From NCBI GenBank assembly GCA_033717875.1, contig JADDKJ010000007.1, forward strand, positions 31,255 to 95,254: 64,000 nucleotides of DNA, in the 5' to 3' direction. Below are positions 35,732 through 45,602 of this stretch, piece after piece. The translations under genes were made by a program, and so were the position numbers. Positions within the stretch are counted from its first letter, which is position 1. The number at the start of each line of letters is the position of its first letter. The DNA comes from Gammaproteobacteria bacterium. GTDB lineage: Bacteria > Pseudomonadota > Gammaproteobacteria > Ga0077554 > Ga007554. Under the pieces are notes generated by a model that worked only from the letters and a program-made list of their open reading frames with translations, was not told the DNA's origin and made no database searches.

Positions 35732-36495
35732 AACTGCACATTAGAGTCCTAGGCGGCGGACCCGACATCGTGCTGCTGCACGGCTGGGGTCTGCACAGCG
35801 GCGTTTGGGAGTCCGTGGCGCAGCGGCTTGCGGCGGACTTTCGCGTCACGCTCATCGACTTGCCGGGACACGGGCGCAGCGGTATGCCCGATCAGGAGTA
35901 CACGCTGCCCGCGCTGGCCACGGCGATCGCGCGGGTTGCGCCGCCACGCGCGGTTTGGATGGGCTGGTCGCTGGGCGGAATGGCCGCCATGCAGCTTGCC
36001 ATCGAGCATCCCGGCCGGGTAGCGGGCCTGATTCTGGTCGCCGCCATGCCGCGCTTCGTCCGCGCCCCGGACTGGCCGCACGCGATGGAAGCAGAAATGC
36101 TGGAAACCTTCACCCGCGTGCTGGAGGAGGATTATCAGGGCACCCTGCAACGCTTTCTCGCCTTGCAGACCCTGGGCGGCGCGCACGGCGCCGAGACGCT
36201 GCGCGCCCTGCGCGAACTCGCCGCGCGCAGCCAGCCGCCGCCGCCGGACGCGCTGCGCGGCGGCCTTGCGATTCTGCGCAGCGCCGATCTGTGGCCGCGG
36301 CTGGGCGAGATCGCCTGTCCGGTGCAGTTGATCCTGGGCAAGGGTGACAGACTGGTGCCCGTTGTTGCGGGCGTCGCCATGAAAGAGCGGTTGCCCAGCA
36401 TGCGCCTGCATGTCATCAAAGGTGCGGGACATGCGCCGTTTTTGTCGCATCCAGACGAGTTTCTCGAAGTGGTGAATGAGTTTTTGCATGAATAG
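35728..36495 (+). CDS. bioH: pimeloyl-ACP methyl ester carboxylesterase
   Basis: Alpha/beta hydrolase motifs LLHGWG and GWSLGG. Position within the bio operon. Confidence 0.85.
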   Translation: MKLHIRVLGGGPDIVLLHGWGLHSGVWESVAQRLAADFRVTLIDLPGHGRSGMPDQEYTLPALATAIARVAPPRAVWMGWSLGGMAAMQLAIEHPGRVAGLILVAAMPRFVRAPDWPHAMEAEMLETFTRVLEEDYQGTLQRFLALQTLGGAHGAETLRALRELAARSQPPPPDALRGGLAILRSADLWPRLGEIACPVQLILGKGDRLVPVVAGVAMKERLPSMRLHVIKGAGHAPFLSHPDEFLEVVNEFLHE

Positions 36496-37387
36496 AACGG
36501 ACGCTTTCCATCTCGATAAAGTACGGATACGCGCCGCGTTCGACCGCGCCGCCACACGTTACGACGAAGCGGCCGTGCTGCAAGCGGAAGTAAGAAACCG
36601 CATGCTGGAGCGGCTCGACCTGGTGCGCCTGGAACCCACGCTGATCCTCGACATCGGCGCGGGCACCGGCCACGGCGTGCGCGCCCTGATGCGGCGCTAC
36701 AAGAAGGCCCGCGTCATCGCCATGGATCTCGCCTTTAATATGCTGCTTCAGACACGCCATCGTAACGCCTCCTGGCTGCCCTGGCAGCGCGCCCCGTCCC
36801 TGGTGTGCGGCGATGCCGAGCGCCTGCCGTTTCAGGATGGCTGCGTCGATCTGATCTTCTCCAACCTCACCGTGCAGTGGTGCAACGACCTCGACCAGGC
36901 CCTCGCCGAATTCCGGCGCGTGCTGAAACCGGGCGGGCTGCTGATGTTCACCACCTTCGGCCCGGACACGCTGAAAGAACTGCGCCAGAGCTGGCGCGCA
37001 GTGGACGGTTACCACCATGTCAACAGTTTCCTCGACATGCACGACATCGGCGATGCCCTGATGCGCGCGCGGCTCGGCGAGCCGGTGATGGACGTGGAAA
37101 ATTTCACGCTCACCTATCCTGATGTTTATCGCCTGATGCGCGACCTCAAAACGATCGGCGCGCACAACGCCACGGCCGGACGCGCCCACGGACTCACCGG
37201 CAAGTCGAGACTGCGCGCCCTCGAATCCGCCTATGAGCACCACCGCCGCAACGGCCTGCTGCCCGCCAGCTACGAGGTGGTCTACGGCCACGCCTGGGGA
37301 CCCGCGCAAACCGCCGCGCAGGCGGCGCGCGAGCCGGGCGAGTTCAAGGTTGCATTATCCAGCATCCCCAGGAGGCGCGGCCCATGA
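36488..37387 (+). CDS. bioC: malonyl-ACP O-methyltransferase
   Basis: SAM motif ILDIGAGTG and LKPGGLLMFTTFG. Confidence 0.88.
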   Translation: MNRTDAFHLDKVRIRAAFDRAATRYDEAAVLQAEVRNRMLERLDLVRLEPTLILDIGAGTGHGVRALMRRYKKARVIAMDLAFNMLLQTRHRNASWLPWQRAPSLVCGDAERLPFQDGCVDLIFSNLTVQWCNDLDQALAEFRRVLKPGGLLMFTTFGPDTLKELRQSWRAVDGYHHVNSFLDMHDIGDALMRARLGEPVMDVENFTLTYPDVYRLMRDLKTIGAHNATAGRAHGLTGKSRLRALESAYEHHRRNGLLPASYEVVYGHAWGPAQTAAQAAREPGEFKVALSSIPRRRGP

Positions 37388-38058
37388 CGCGAGGCTTCTT
37401 CATCACCGGCACCGACACCGAGGTCGGCAAAACCTGGGTAGCCGCGGTGCTGTTGGCGGCACTAAAGGCGCGCGGCCACACCACCGCGGCGATGAAGCCG
37501 GTCTCCGCAGGCTGTATCGAGACACCCGAAGGATTGCGCAACGAGGACGCCCTGATCCTGCAACGCCACGCCACGCTCGCGTTGCCCTATGAGCGGATCA
37601 ATCCCTACGCCTTCGCCCCCCCCATCGCCCCGCACATCGCCGCGGCACGCATCGGACAACGCATCGACATCGCGCCGATCAAGACCATCTTCCACAGCAT
37701 CGCGCCACAGGCCGATTACATGATCGTGGAAGGTGCGGGCGGCTGGCGGGTGCCGCTCAACGAACGCGAGACCATCGCCGATCTGGCCAAGGCGCTCGAT
37801 CTGCCCGTCATCCTGGTGGTGGGCATGCGCCTGGGCTGCATCAATCACGCCCTGTTGAGTTGTGAGAGCATCACGGGACACGGCGTGAAGCTGGCAGGCT
37901 GGGTGGCCAACAGCATCCTTCCCGATTTCGCGGAACTGGAGGAGAATATCGACACCTTGCGACATCGCATCGACGCCCCCCTGCTCGGCACCCTCCCCCA
38001 CATGACGGAACTTGACGCCGCCTTGGCGGCAAGGCATCTTAACCTCAGTCACTTATAG
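37384..38058 (+). CDS. bioD: dethiobiotin synthase
   Basis: FFITGTDTEVGKT P-loop. VEGAGGW. Confidence 0.92.
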   Translation: MTRGFFITGTDTEVGKTWVAAVLLAALKARGHTTAAMKPVSAGCIETPEGLRNEDALILQRHATLALPYERINPYAFAPPIAPHIAAARIGQRIDIAPIKTIFHSIAPQADYMIVEGAGGWRVPLNERETIADLAKALDLPVILVVGMRLGCINHALLSCESITGHGVKLAGWVANSILPDFAELEENIDTLRHRIDAPLLGTLPHMTELDAALAARHLNLSHL

Positions 38059-38075
38059 CAATCGCACATCAATTC

Positions 38076-38549
38076 ATGCAAACAAGCGCATCACCTTTAC
38101 GTTCAATAACGCTGCTCGCCCTGCTCTTTGTCCTTAGCGGCTGCGCCGCGTTGGCGCCTAAAATCGACCCGCCCCATGTCTCGCTGAATGACCTGAAGCT
38201 CAAGGAGGTTGGTCTGTTCGAGCAGCGTTTCACGCTCACGCTACGCATCCAGAACCCCAACGATTTCGCGCTGCCGATCAAGGGCATGGACTACGAGGTA
38301 TTCCTGAACGACCAGAAATTCGCGCGCGGCGTCAGCAACAACGCCGTCACCGTCCCCGCGCTCGGCGAAGCGCTGGCATCCGCCGATGTCGTCAGCAATG
38401 CGGGTAGCGTATGGCAACAGGCGCAAACCCTGATGAACGGCAAACAAACCGCCCTGCGTTATCGTCTCAGCGGCGGACTGAGGGTGGTCAACCGGGCCGT
38501 CAAGATACCGTTCGACTATCAGGGCGAATTCAAGTTGAACCCGCAATAA
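38076..38549 (+). CDS. LEA_2 (Lea14/NDR1-like) lipoprotein
   Basis: Lipobox LSGC. The region LNDLKLKEVGLFEQRFTLTLRIQNPNDFALPIKGMDYEVFLN is typical of LEA type 2. Confidence 0.7.
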   Translation: MQTSASPLRSITLLALLFVLSGCAALAPKIDPPHVSLNDLKLKEVGLFEQRFTLTLRIQNPNDFALPIKGMDYEVFLNDQKFARGVSNNAVTVPALGEALASADVVSNAGSVWQQAQTLMNGKQTALRYRLSGGLRVVNRAVKIPFDYQGEFKLNPQ

Positions 38550-38551
38550 GC

Positions 38552-38580
38552 CTAAAAACGGCGGTTGGGGCCGTTTTTAG
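38552..38580 (+). terminator. intrinsic terminator
   Basis: ctaaaaacggc-ggttggg-gccgtttttag, directly after the stop. Confidence 0.65.
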
Positions 38581-38602
38581 ATTAACCCTTTCGGAGCACA
38601 CA

Positions 38603-38935
38603 ATGACCGACGCCAAAACCCCGGACATCGAAGTACCCAAATGGGATGTCGCGCTGGAAGCGCTCGTGAAGGAAGAATACGGCAAGCAAGGAAAACCGCT
38701 GACACTCGAAGATTTCAGGCGGCTCGCCAACCAGTACACCATACGGCTGGACGACATCATGGCCACCCTGCTCGAACTGGCCGTGCACAGCCAGTGGCGC
38801 TACTGCAATCCGCAAGGCATACCGCAAATCATCACCCGCGACGAGGTCGATGCCCTTTACAAGCGCGGCCGCATCCAGGAAGCGGATATGCAGGCCTATG
38901 GCGGGAGCTGGTATCCGGTGCGATCGGCGGAATAG
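38603..38935 (+). CDS. hypothetical protein (110 aa)
   Basis: GGAG 6 nt upstream of the ATG. No motif recognised. Confidence 0.5.
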   Translation: MTDAKTPDIEVPKWDVALEALVKEEYGKQGKPLTLEDFRRLANQYTIRLDDIMATLLELAVHSQWRYCNPQGIPQIITRDEVDALYKRGRIQEADMQAYGGSWYPVRSAE

Positions 38936-39004
38936 GCCGGGTGTGCCCGCTCACCCTCTGTGCTGCGCGTGAGACGTACCCTGCGACTTGAACAGGTTCT
39001 TACA

Positions 39005-39211
39005 TCAGCGTGATCGGCAGGTTCTAAGCTTCTTATAATCATAGTCAGCGCCGTAATCGACGGTACCGAAAAGTTGCGTGATTTCACGCTGTTTTCTTCG
39101 CTGTATGTACTCCACAAGCGCCTCGGTCACCGCTTCTTTTTTGGTTTTCTTGTGCCCAACCTTCTGCGCTTCCAGTATCAGCTTATCATCGATCGCAAGA
39201 TTGGTTGCCAT
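39005..39211 (-). CDS. VapB-like antitoxin with no adjacent toxin gene
   Basis: MATNLAIDDKLILEAQKVGHKKTKKEAVTEALVEYI.... AAGGAG Shine-Dalgarno. Only about 70 nt of non-coding DNA follows it. Confidence 0.65.
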   Translation of the reverse strand: MATNLAIDDKLILEAQKVGHKKTKKEAVTEALVEYIQRRKQREITQLFGTVDYGADYDYKKLRTCRSR

Positions 39212-39228
39212 AAACAACTCCTTATGGA

Positions 39229-39984
39229 TTACGGAATACATACGCTATCGTCCGGGCACTTGAAGAACCAGAGTTGATACATGGAAACGAACCACTGGTA
39301 AGCGAACGACAAACCCATCAGCGCGCCGCCGACGAATACCACATACGCGAACGGCGTCGATACCTTGGTCAGCCACCACGACATGATATCCAGGAAGATC
39401 GCCACGAACGGCATGGCCACGGCAATGCTCTTGAGATATTTGCGCCGCACATAGGCATGGCTGAAGATCAGCCCGGTAAAGGCGAAGATGAACGTTAAGC
39501 CAAACAAGTGAATGTGGGAAACGCGCACCAGCGTGCCTATGCTCATGCCGGTGTCCAGTTGGGCAAGGTTCTTGACCTCCTGATAATTGGTCAAGGAAGG
39601 AATATGGGGATTGGAGCCGTTATGGCACCCCAGGCAACGGTTCTGCAGAATCGGCTGGACTGCCTGGCCGAAAGCGTCCTCCTTGCCGCCGTCGCGCACC
39701 CACGCGATGATTTGCGCGCGTTCCTCGCCGGGCAGCATGCCCGCCATCGGCCCCTTGAGCGCCGCCTCCAGGCGCGTATCGGTCTTGCTGCCGCTGTAGG
39801 CGATGCGGATATCCTCCACGGATAACCCCGGCCTGCCATCGCGTCCGGAATGCACTTCATAGATCTGGATCATCGCGAAGATGTATCCCAATCCGAGAAT
39901 AAGCAACACCATCGTGTAGAGCACTTTCAGCGCCTGTGGCAACTGATCGAAGGTGGGATAACTGAAACGGTTATAACTATTCAT
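39229..39984 (-). CDS. polytopic membrane protein with one CxxCH heme-binding motif
   Basis: About 4 hydrophobic helices. Periplasmic loop carries ILQNRCLGCHNGSNPHIPSL. Confidence 0.6.
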   Translation of the reverse strand: MNSYNRFSYPTFDQLPQALKVLYTMVLLILGLGYIFAMIQIYEVHSGRDGRPGLSVEDIRIAYSGSKTDTRLEAALKGPMAGMLPGEERAQIIAWVRDGGKEDAFGQAVQPILQNRCLGCHNGSNPHIPSLTNYQEVKNLAQLDTGMSIGTLVRVSHIHLFGLTFIFAFTGLIFSHAYVRRKYLKSIAVAMPFVAIFLDIMSWWLTKVSTPFAYVVFVGGALMGLSFAYQWFVSMYQLWFFKCPDDSVCIP

Positions 39985-40139
39985 TCACTGCGCCTCACAA
40001 GAAAACCCGTATGTTTTGCGGATGTATTATACCGCTGAAGTTGACAATGTTGTTGACAGCAGCCAACCGCGCTTCCTATAGTGGATGCCCGCCCCTGCAT
40101 GAGGCGGGATCAGCAACCCAACTTTTGCGGAGGTATGAC

Positions 40140-40520
40140 ATGAACAGGATGAAGCTTGTTTTACCCGTAGTATGTGTAGTGCTGATGCTGGGCGCCAACG
40201 TCGCTTCGGCTGCTTCGCAGGCGATCAAGGACATGGCCAACATCGTCATGAATCTCAGCCATCATCCCAGTGGTGGTGAAAAGGAAGCTCTCAAGAAGAT
40301 CATTGATAACGCGTCGTCCACGCCGGGTGAACGCGCGCTTGCCAATGCGTTGATGAACATGGATCACGAGGTTGGCGGCGGAGACAAGGCCAAGCTCAAG
40401 GAACTCATGAAAAATGCTGCCGCGCCTGCGGAAGAGCGGGATCTGGCGGGCATCCTCGTCAACCTGGCGCACAAGGCGAGCGCCGGGGACAAGGACAAAT
40501 TGAAACAATTGATGAAGTGA
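40140..40520 (+). CDS. secreted protein made of three approximately 38-aa repeats
   Basis: Signal peptide MNRMKLVLPVVCVVLMLGANVASA. Repeats: ANIVMNLSHHPSGGEKEALKKII, ANALMNMDHEVGGGDKAKLKELM, AGILVNLAHKASAGDKDKLKQLM. GGAGG upstream. Confidence 0.6.
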   Translation: MNRMKLVLPVVCVVLMLGANVASAASQAIKDMANIVMNLSHHPSGGEKEALKKIIDNASSTPGERALANALMNMDHEVGGGDKAKLKELMKNAAAPAEERDLAGILVNLAHKASAGDKDKLKQLMK

Positions 40521-40526
40521 ACTTTT

Positions 40527-40554
40527 CGCCCTCTCCGCATGCGCGGAGAGGGCG
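40527..40554 (+). terminator. hairpin cgccctctccgc-atgc-gcggagagggcg
   Basis: 12-bp stem 6 nt after the stop, followed by a T-rich stretch. Same core as 5908-5934. Confidence 0.5.
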
Positions 40555-40582
40555 CCTCTCTTTGCTTTCGTTCCAGCATGCC

Positions 40583-40622
40583 CTGTCATCTAACATTCAT
40601 CCATCTGTAATAAAAACGTCAC
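40583..40622 (+). promoter_or_regulatory. tandem Pho boxes (PhoB binding site candidate)
   Basis: Four 7-bp repeats at 11-bp phasing: CTGTCAT ctaa CATTCAT ccat CTGTAAT aaaa ACGTCAC. A TTTAAT -10 candidate lies 10 nt downstream. Upstream of a phosphate porin and a PstS gene. Confidence 0.6.
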
Positions 40623-40710
40623 ACAACTCCATTTTAATGTGTGTTGTCGGGCGCGGCGGGGGAATCTCGTCATGTCACAAGGCAATATTATAATTGGAGG
40701 AAAGATAACG

Positions 40711-42198
40711 GTGAATGCAAGCAAGGCGTTTTATAGAAGAAGGGTGCGTTACAACAATCGAGCAAAGCGTAGTGCGGGCCTGGCGTTGTCCGCCGGTTTG
40801 CTGTGTGCCGTAATGCAGGCACCGGTATACGCGAATGAAGCTATTTCCGAATTATTGAAGACGCTGAAGGAAAAGGGGGTGCTGAGTAATGAAGAATTCG
40901 GTCAGCTCAAAGACACCCTCCGGGAAGTCAAGCAAAGCGAAGCGGAAGCCAAGCGCGGCGAATTGAAGCCCGCCTTCAAAGATGGCATTTCCATCGAATC
41001 CGCAAGCAAGGATTTCAGCATCGCGCTCACTGGCCGGCTGCATGCCGATTACCGCAACTACCTGGAAAACGACGGCATGGTTGCGGACACCTTCGAAATG
41101 CGTCGCACCCGTGTCGGTGCGAAAATCAAATTCTATGATCGCTACGAAGCGCAAGTGATCGGTGAATTCGGAGCGGGTGGCGCGGCGCTCGACATCGCCC
41201 ACCTCGACGCGCTGTGGTGGCAGAAGCTGGGGTTGCGGTTTGGGCAGTTCAAGATGCCGATGGGGCTTGAGCAGCTTACCAGTTCCAACTTCATCGACTT
41301 TCAGGAACGCTCTCTCGCCGATCAACTGGTGCCGGGCAAGGAAATCGGCGCTATGGCCTTCGGCGAAATCACCAAAGGGGTCAATTATGGCTTGGCGCTA
41401 TCGAACGGACGCGGCATAAACAACGCAGAGCTTTCGACCATCGACTCCACCACCGGCCAGAACAATGCCAAGGCCGACAAGATGGATGTGATTGGCCGCA
41501 TTACCGCCAATTTTGCCGAAATCTTTCATCAGAAGGACGCCGTCTATCACGCAGGTCTAGCCTTTTCCAGGGGCGGACAAGCGCCCGGCGATGGCACATT
41601 GCGCGCCCGCTCTCAAGCCAGAGGTGTCACCTTCTTTCAGAGCGCGCCTTTCGATGGAGAAAACTTCGACCGCACGCGCTATGCGGCCGAGGCCGCCATC
41701 GCACAGGGCCCGGTCAAGTTCCAGGCGGAATATCTGAAGGCCAATTATCAAGGCGCCAGCAAGGCGGGTACCGGCTTCGACCGCGATATCGACGCCTGGT
41801 ACGCCTCCGTCAACTGGCTGGTCACCGGCGAAAAATACGCGGACAGTTACAAGGCCGGCGCATTTGGCCGCATCCGTCCCAACACCAACTTCCAACCCGG
41901 ATCTCTGGCCGAGGGCTGGGGCGCTTGGGAAGTGGGGCTGCGCTTCGCCGAATATGATGCCTCCGGCTTTACGGCCGCCAACGCGGCGGGAGCAGGGCGC
42001 TTGGCCTCTTCCTCCGCAACAACCGCTTATACCAACAAGGCCGGCGCGTGGACTGCGGGTGTCAAGTGGATCGTCAACCCCAACACGCGCTTCCTCCTGA
42101 ATTACGTGCAGACCGACTTTGACACGCCCGTCACCGTCAACGGCGTCACCAGCAAGAGCGAAAAAGCGGTCACGCTGCGCGCAGGATTTGATTTTTAA
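40711..42198 (+). CDS. phosphate-selective porin O/P family
   Basis: [27 protein letters not shown]-terminal LRAGFDF. GTG at 40711 has GGAGG 10 nt upstream; the ATG at 40672 is an alternative start. Confidence 0.8.
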   Translation: MNASKAFYRRRVRYNNRAKRSAGLALSAGLLCAVMQAPVYANEAISELLKTLKEKGVLSNEEFGQLKDTLREVKQSEAEAKRGELKPAFKDGISIESASKDFSIALTGRLHADYRNYLENDGMVADTFEMRRTRVGAKIKFYDRYEAQVIGEFGAGGAALDIAHLDALWWQKLGLRFGQFKMPMGLEQLTSSNFIDFQERSLADQLVPGKEIGAMAFGEITKGVNYGLALSNGRGINNAELSTIDSTTGQNNAKADKMDVIGRITANFAEIFHQKDAVYHAGLAFSRGGQAPGDGTLRARSQARGVTFFQSAPFDGENFDRTRYAAEAAIAQGPVKFQAEYLKANYQGASKAGTGFDRDIDAWYASVNWLVTGEKYADSYKAGAFGRIRPNTNFQPGSLAEGWGAWEVGLRFAEYDASGFTAANAAGAGRLASSSATTAYTNKAGAWTAGVKWIVNPNTRFLLNYVQTDFDTPVTVNGVTSKSEKAVTLRAGFDF

Positions 42199-42216
42199 CC
42201 AATCGAGGCAAAACGT

Positions 42217-43227
42217 ATGCTGAATAAATTCATCAGAAAATCGATCGCCATGACCGCCATCCTGGGCGGGTTGTCGAGCGTGTCAATGACGGCTGTCGCC
42301 GTGCCCATCGTCAAGGCTGACGGCTCCAGCACGGTATTTCCCATCACCGAGGCGGTCGCCGAGGAGTTCCAGAAGGCCAAAAAGGGAGCGGTCCGCGTCA
42401 CGGTCGGCATCTCTGGCACGGGTGGCGGATTCAAGAAGTTCTGCCGCGGCGAAACCGATATCCAGGATGCTTCGCGTCCTATCCTTGCGGGAGAGATGGA
42501 ATCGTGCAAAAGCGCCGGCATTCAGTATCTGGAATTGCCTGTCGCTTATGATGCCCTGACAATCGTGGTGAATCCCGAGAACACCTGGGCAAAAAGCATG
42601 ACGGTGGCCCAGCTCAAGAAGATGTGGGAACCGGGCGCGCAGGGCAAGGTCACCAAATGGAATCAGATCGACCCCTCCTGGCCCGATGCGCCGCTGCGCT
42701 TGTTCGGCGCGGGTTCCGATTCCGGCACCTTCGATTATTTCACCGAGGCGGTGGTAGGCAAGGCTAAATCCAGCCGGGGCGATTACACCGCCAGCGAGGA
42801 TGACAACGTGCTGGTGCAGGGCGTGGCGCGAGACAAGAACGCAATAGGCTATTTCGGCTATGCCTATTACGCCGAAAACGCCAACAAGGTGAAGGCGGTG
42901 CCCATCGCCGTGAAAGAAGGCAAGCCCGCCGTCGCACCCGGTCCCGAAGCGGTCATCAATGGCAGCTACCAGCCGTTGTCGCGCCCGATCTTCATCTACG
43001 TCAACGAAAAATCCTTGCAGAAGCCTGAAGTCAAGGAGTTCGTCGAGTTTTATCTGAAGAACGCCGCCAGCCTGGTCAAGCAGGTAAGGTATGTTCCGCT
43101 GTCCGCAGGCGATTACAAGCTGGTTCTGGAGAATGTCAACAAGCGCAAACTGGGCAGCCTTTTTGGCGGTGTGCCCGAGGTGGGCGTGACGATTGATGAT
43201 CTGATGCGGCGCGAAGGGAAGCTGTAA
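42217..43227 (+). CDS. PstS-family phosphate-binding protein
   Basis: Signal peptide. Motifs [16 protein letters not shown] and [12 protein letters not shown]. Confidence 0.85.
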   Translation: MLNKFIRKSIAMTAILGGLSSVSMTAVAVPIVKADGSSTVFPITEAVAEEFQKAKKGAVRVTVGISGTGGGFKKFCRGETDIQDASRPILAGEMESCKSAGIQYLELPVAYDALTIVVNPENTWAKSMTVAQLKKMWEPGAQGKVTKWNQIDPSWPDAPLRLFGAGSDSGTFDYFTEAVVGKAKSSRGDYTASEDDNVLVQGVARDKNAIGYFGYAYYAENANKVKAVPIAVKEGKPAVAPGPEAVINGSYQPLSRPIFIYVNEKSLQKPEVKEFVEFYLKNAASLVKQVRYVPLSAGDYKLVLENVNKRKLGSLFGGVPEVGVTIDDLMRREGKL

Positions 43228-43234
43228 TAACCGG

Positions 43235-43274
43235 CCAAGGAACCTCTGATCTGATCAATTCAGAGGTTCCTTGG
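43235..43274. terminator. bidirectional terminator hairpin (GGAACCTCTGA family)
   Basis: Perfect 15-bp arms ccaaggaacctctga / tcagaggttccttgg between convergent genes. Confidence 0.65.
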
Positions 43275-43280
43275 TATTCT

Positions 43281-43724
43281 TTATTGCACCTTTGCCAGAT
43301 ATTCCTGCAAGCGCTCCCCGCCCGCGGCCATCTTCTTCGACAGCTCCGCGGCGGCGGCTTTGGCGGCCGCGAGATTCACGGGCTTGCCCACCTGAATCAC
43401 CCCCACCATGCCAAGCATCCTGTGCAGGTCGCACTCATAGAGGTAAACGCCTTCCTTGTTGAGGGTGATGGTAAGATTGTTGCTGACAGCGCCTTTCCAG
43501 TTTTGGGCGCCCTCCGGGACATGACGGGAAATGATGTTATGGCCGGGATCTTTCGCGACGAAGGTGACGGTGTCCCCCATGTTCACCTTCACATAGGCTG
43601 GCTCGAAAACCATCAGGCCGTCCGCGCCGGTGTCGAGCATCTGAATCTTGTGGTCTTCGGCGAACGCCGTCGATGAAGCAAGCAAGCCAATCATCACTGC
43701 AACTTTTACTGCACTGCTACGCAT
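43281..43724 (-). CDS. pseudoazurin-like type 1 copper protein
   Basis: Signal peptide. Copper ligands GHNI ... YECDLHRMLGM. Confidence 0.8.
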   Translation of the reverse strand: MRSSAVKVAVMIGLLASSTAFAEDHKIQMLDTGADGLMVFEPAYVKVNMGDTVTFVAKDPGHNIISRHVPEGAQNWKGAVSNNLTITLNKEGVYLYECDLHRMLGMVGVIQVGKPVNLAAAKAAAAELSKKMAAGGERLQEYLAKVQ

Positions 43725-43825
43725 GAGGTTTTCTCCTGGATGTGTCAATCTCTGTTAGGGAAAGCTGGCCTGAACATTCTACAATATCCGCGCGGGGTTT
43801 CGCTCTGAGCAAAGTCTTCCCGGTT

Positions 43826-44968
43826 CTACTTCATCTGCCACACATTCGCCAGATTTGAGTCGCGCGATCGCCTTCGGGATGGATCATCGTGCGCCACGCC
43901 GTCAATGCTTTGACGAATATCGGCATTGGTATGGCCGGACATGTAGTAGCTGTGTTCCACCATGCCCGTCACGATCGGCGTGCAATCGACTTGCTGAACC
44001 TTGTTGTGCAGCAGCGAAGGGCGCGCGGCGCCGCTGCTGCCGAGGCGTTCCGGGTTGCCCTTGGTGAAGTCGGAGACCACCATCGCCACATCGCCCCGGT
44101 TGTGATAGATCGTGACGGAACGCGCCAACTCGTGCACTCGGCTCATGCCGTTGTCCGTTTCCATCACGTTGTCATCGACATCGGGCGCGCAGAGGAAGAC
44201 GTGCTCGAACAGCCGTGGCAGAGCTTCGCCGGGAGTGAACTGGTCGATGCGCGTGATGGCGTGTTGGAGCAGGAAGTTGCCCATCGAATGACAGAGCAGA
44301 TGCATGTCCTGTCCGCACAGCTTCTCGCCACCCTTCGCCCGGTCGCGCAGGTCGGCCACAAAGTCGCGCACCTTGAGCAGACCACGTCCGACCGCGTAGC
44401 CTGATCCAGCCGCTTCGGAGCGGTCCGATTTATAGGAGGCGAAGGGCAGGGCCATGCCGTCGGACGGCCAGGTGAAGAGCACCACCAGGACGCGCTGTTT
44501 CGGATCGGCGAGGGCGCTGTTGTTGAGCATCAGTTGCAGCGCGCAGGCGCTACCCACCGCCTCGTACCAGGAAACATTGAAGCCGTGGATATAGACCAGC
44601 ACATCGGTATTTTTTTCCATGTCGGCTTTCAGATCGGCGAACATATCGAGCGAGCCGAGCTTGGCTTTGTCCTGTGCCGTATCGGCGATGTCGGGGGCGA
44701 GTTTTTCCTGATAGGCTTGAATCTTCGCCGCCTTCGCGCATTCGGCGAGGTAATCCGCCAACCCCTCGCCGTCGCCCGTTCCGGCGGATTTCAGTTTCTT
44801 GCGTACATGCTTGTTGACGGTCGCATCGTCCGCTTCCAGCGTGAGGTAACCGAAGCGCAGATTCTCCATGCCGTCGTCGCTGAATTTCTTGCCGTAGGCG
44901 TCGGGATTCCAGCGGTCTTTGCCGAGGTGGTTGCGGTTGGTTGCGTAGTACAGCCCGATCTTTGCCAT
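43826..44968 (-). CDS. alpha/beta hydrolase (DUF900-like)
   Basis: IHGFNVSW and nucleophile elbow CHSMGN. No signal peptide. Confidence 0.7.
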   Translation of the reverse strand: MAKIGLYYATNRNHLGKDRWNPDAYGKKFSDDGMENLRFGYLTLEADDATVNKHVRKKLKSAGTGDGEGLADYLAECAKAAKIQAYQEKLAPDIADTAQDKAKLGSLDMFADLKADMEKNTDVLVYIHGFNVSWYEAVGSACALQLMLNNSALADPKQRVLVVLFTWPSDGMALPFASYKSDRSEAAGSGYAVGRGLLKVRDFVADLRDRAKGGEKLCGQDMHLLCHSMGNFLLQHAITRIDQFTPGEALPRLFEHVFLCAPDVDDNVMETDNGMSRVHELARSVTIYHNRGDVAMVVSDFTKGNPERLGSSGAARPSLLHNKVQQVDCTPIVTGMVEHSYYMSGHTNADIRQSIDGVAHDDPSRRRSRDSNLANVWQMK

Positions 44969-45154
44969 GTTGTCTCTCCTTGTCGTTGTTCACTGCGAGA
45001 TGAAAATGCTGTGGGGACTGATCTCCGCCTCTTTTAACATCTTGGCCACGCAGGTGCAATTGGCATTTTCCCGCGGGCGAAATTGACATTTCATGACGCG
45101 ACTGCTTTTCGCTACAATTCTGTCATCGCCGGTCGGGTGAAAGTGGGTGGATCC

Positions 45155-45577
45155 ATGGCCAGAGAAGGAAATTTGTTTATCATTCGACCCATCTGGGCGG
45201 GTTTGATCGTTCTGGCGGTATTGGTTTCGTTGACGACCGGCGCGGGAGTCTATATCGCCACCGTGTCGTCACACGACATTGCCATCGATTTTCTGGAGAT
45301 TGCGACCATCTATACCTCGCCCTATATAATCTATGGCGGGGCGGGATTCGTTATGTTTCACATCAAGAGAGTCGCGGTGATCGCCCACACGTTCAACTTC
45401 GGCGCCGCCGCCCTGCTGTTGACGTGGCTGATTGTTACCCTGCGGGGAGGGGCGGCTTCGCAGGGGGAGGGTCTCCATGCGGCGCTTGCCGACACATTCC
45501 TGTTTTCCGCCGTGATTGCGGGCGGATTTTGTTTTGTGCTTGGTTGTCTGGCTTATCTGGCACCGGCCAAGCGGTAG
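45155..45577 (+). CDS. hypothetical membrane protein
   Basis: Four hydrophobic segments. Start uncertain. Confidence 0.45.
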   Translation: MAREGNLFIIRPIWAGLIVLAVLVSLTTGAGVYIATVSSHDIAIDFLEIATIYTSPYIIYGGAGFVMFHIKRVAVIAHTFNFGAAALLLTWLIVTLRGGAASQGEGLHAALADTFLFSAVIAGGFCFVLGCLAYLAPAKR

Positions 45578-45602
45578 TTCATCGAAGGTATCAAATTTCC
45601 TC

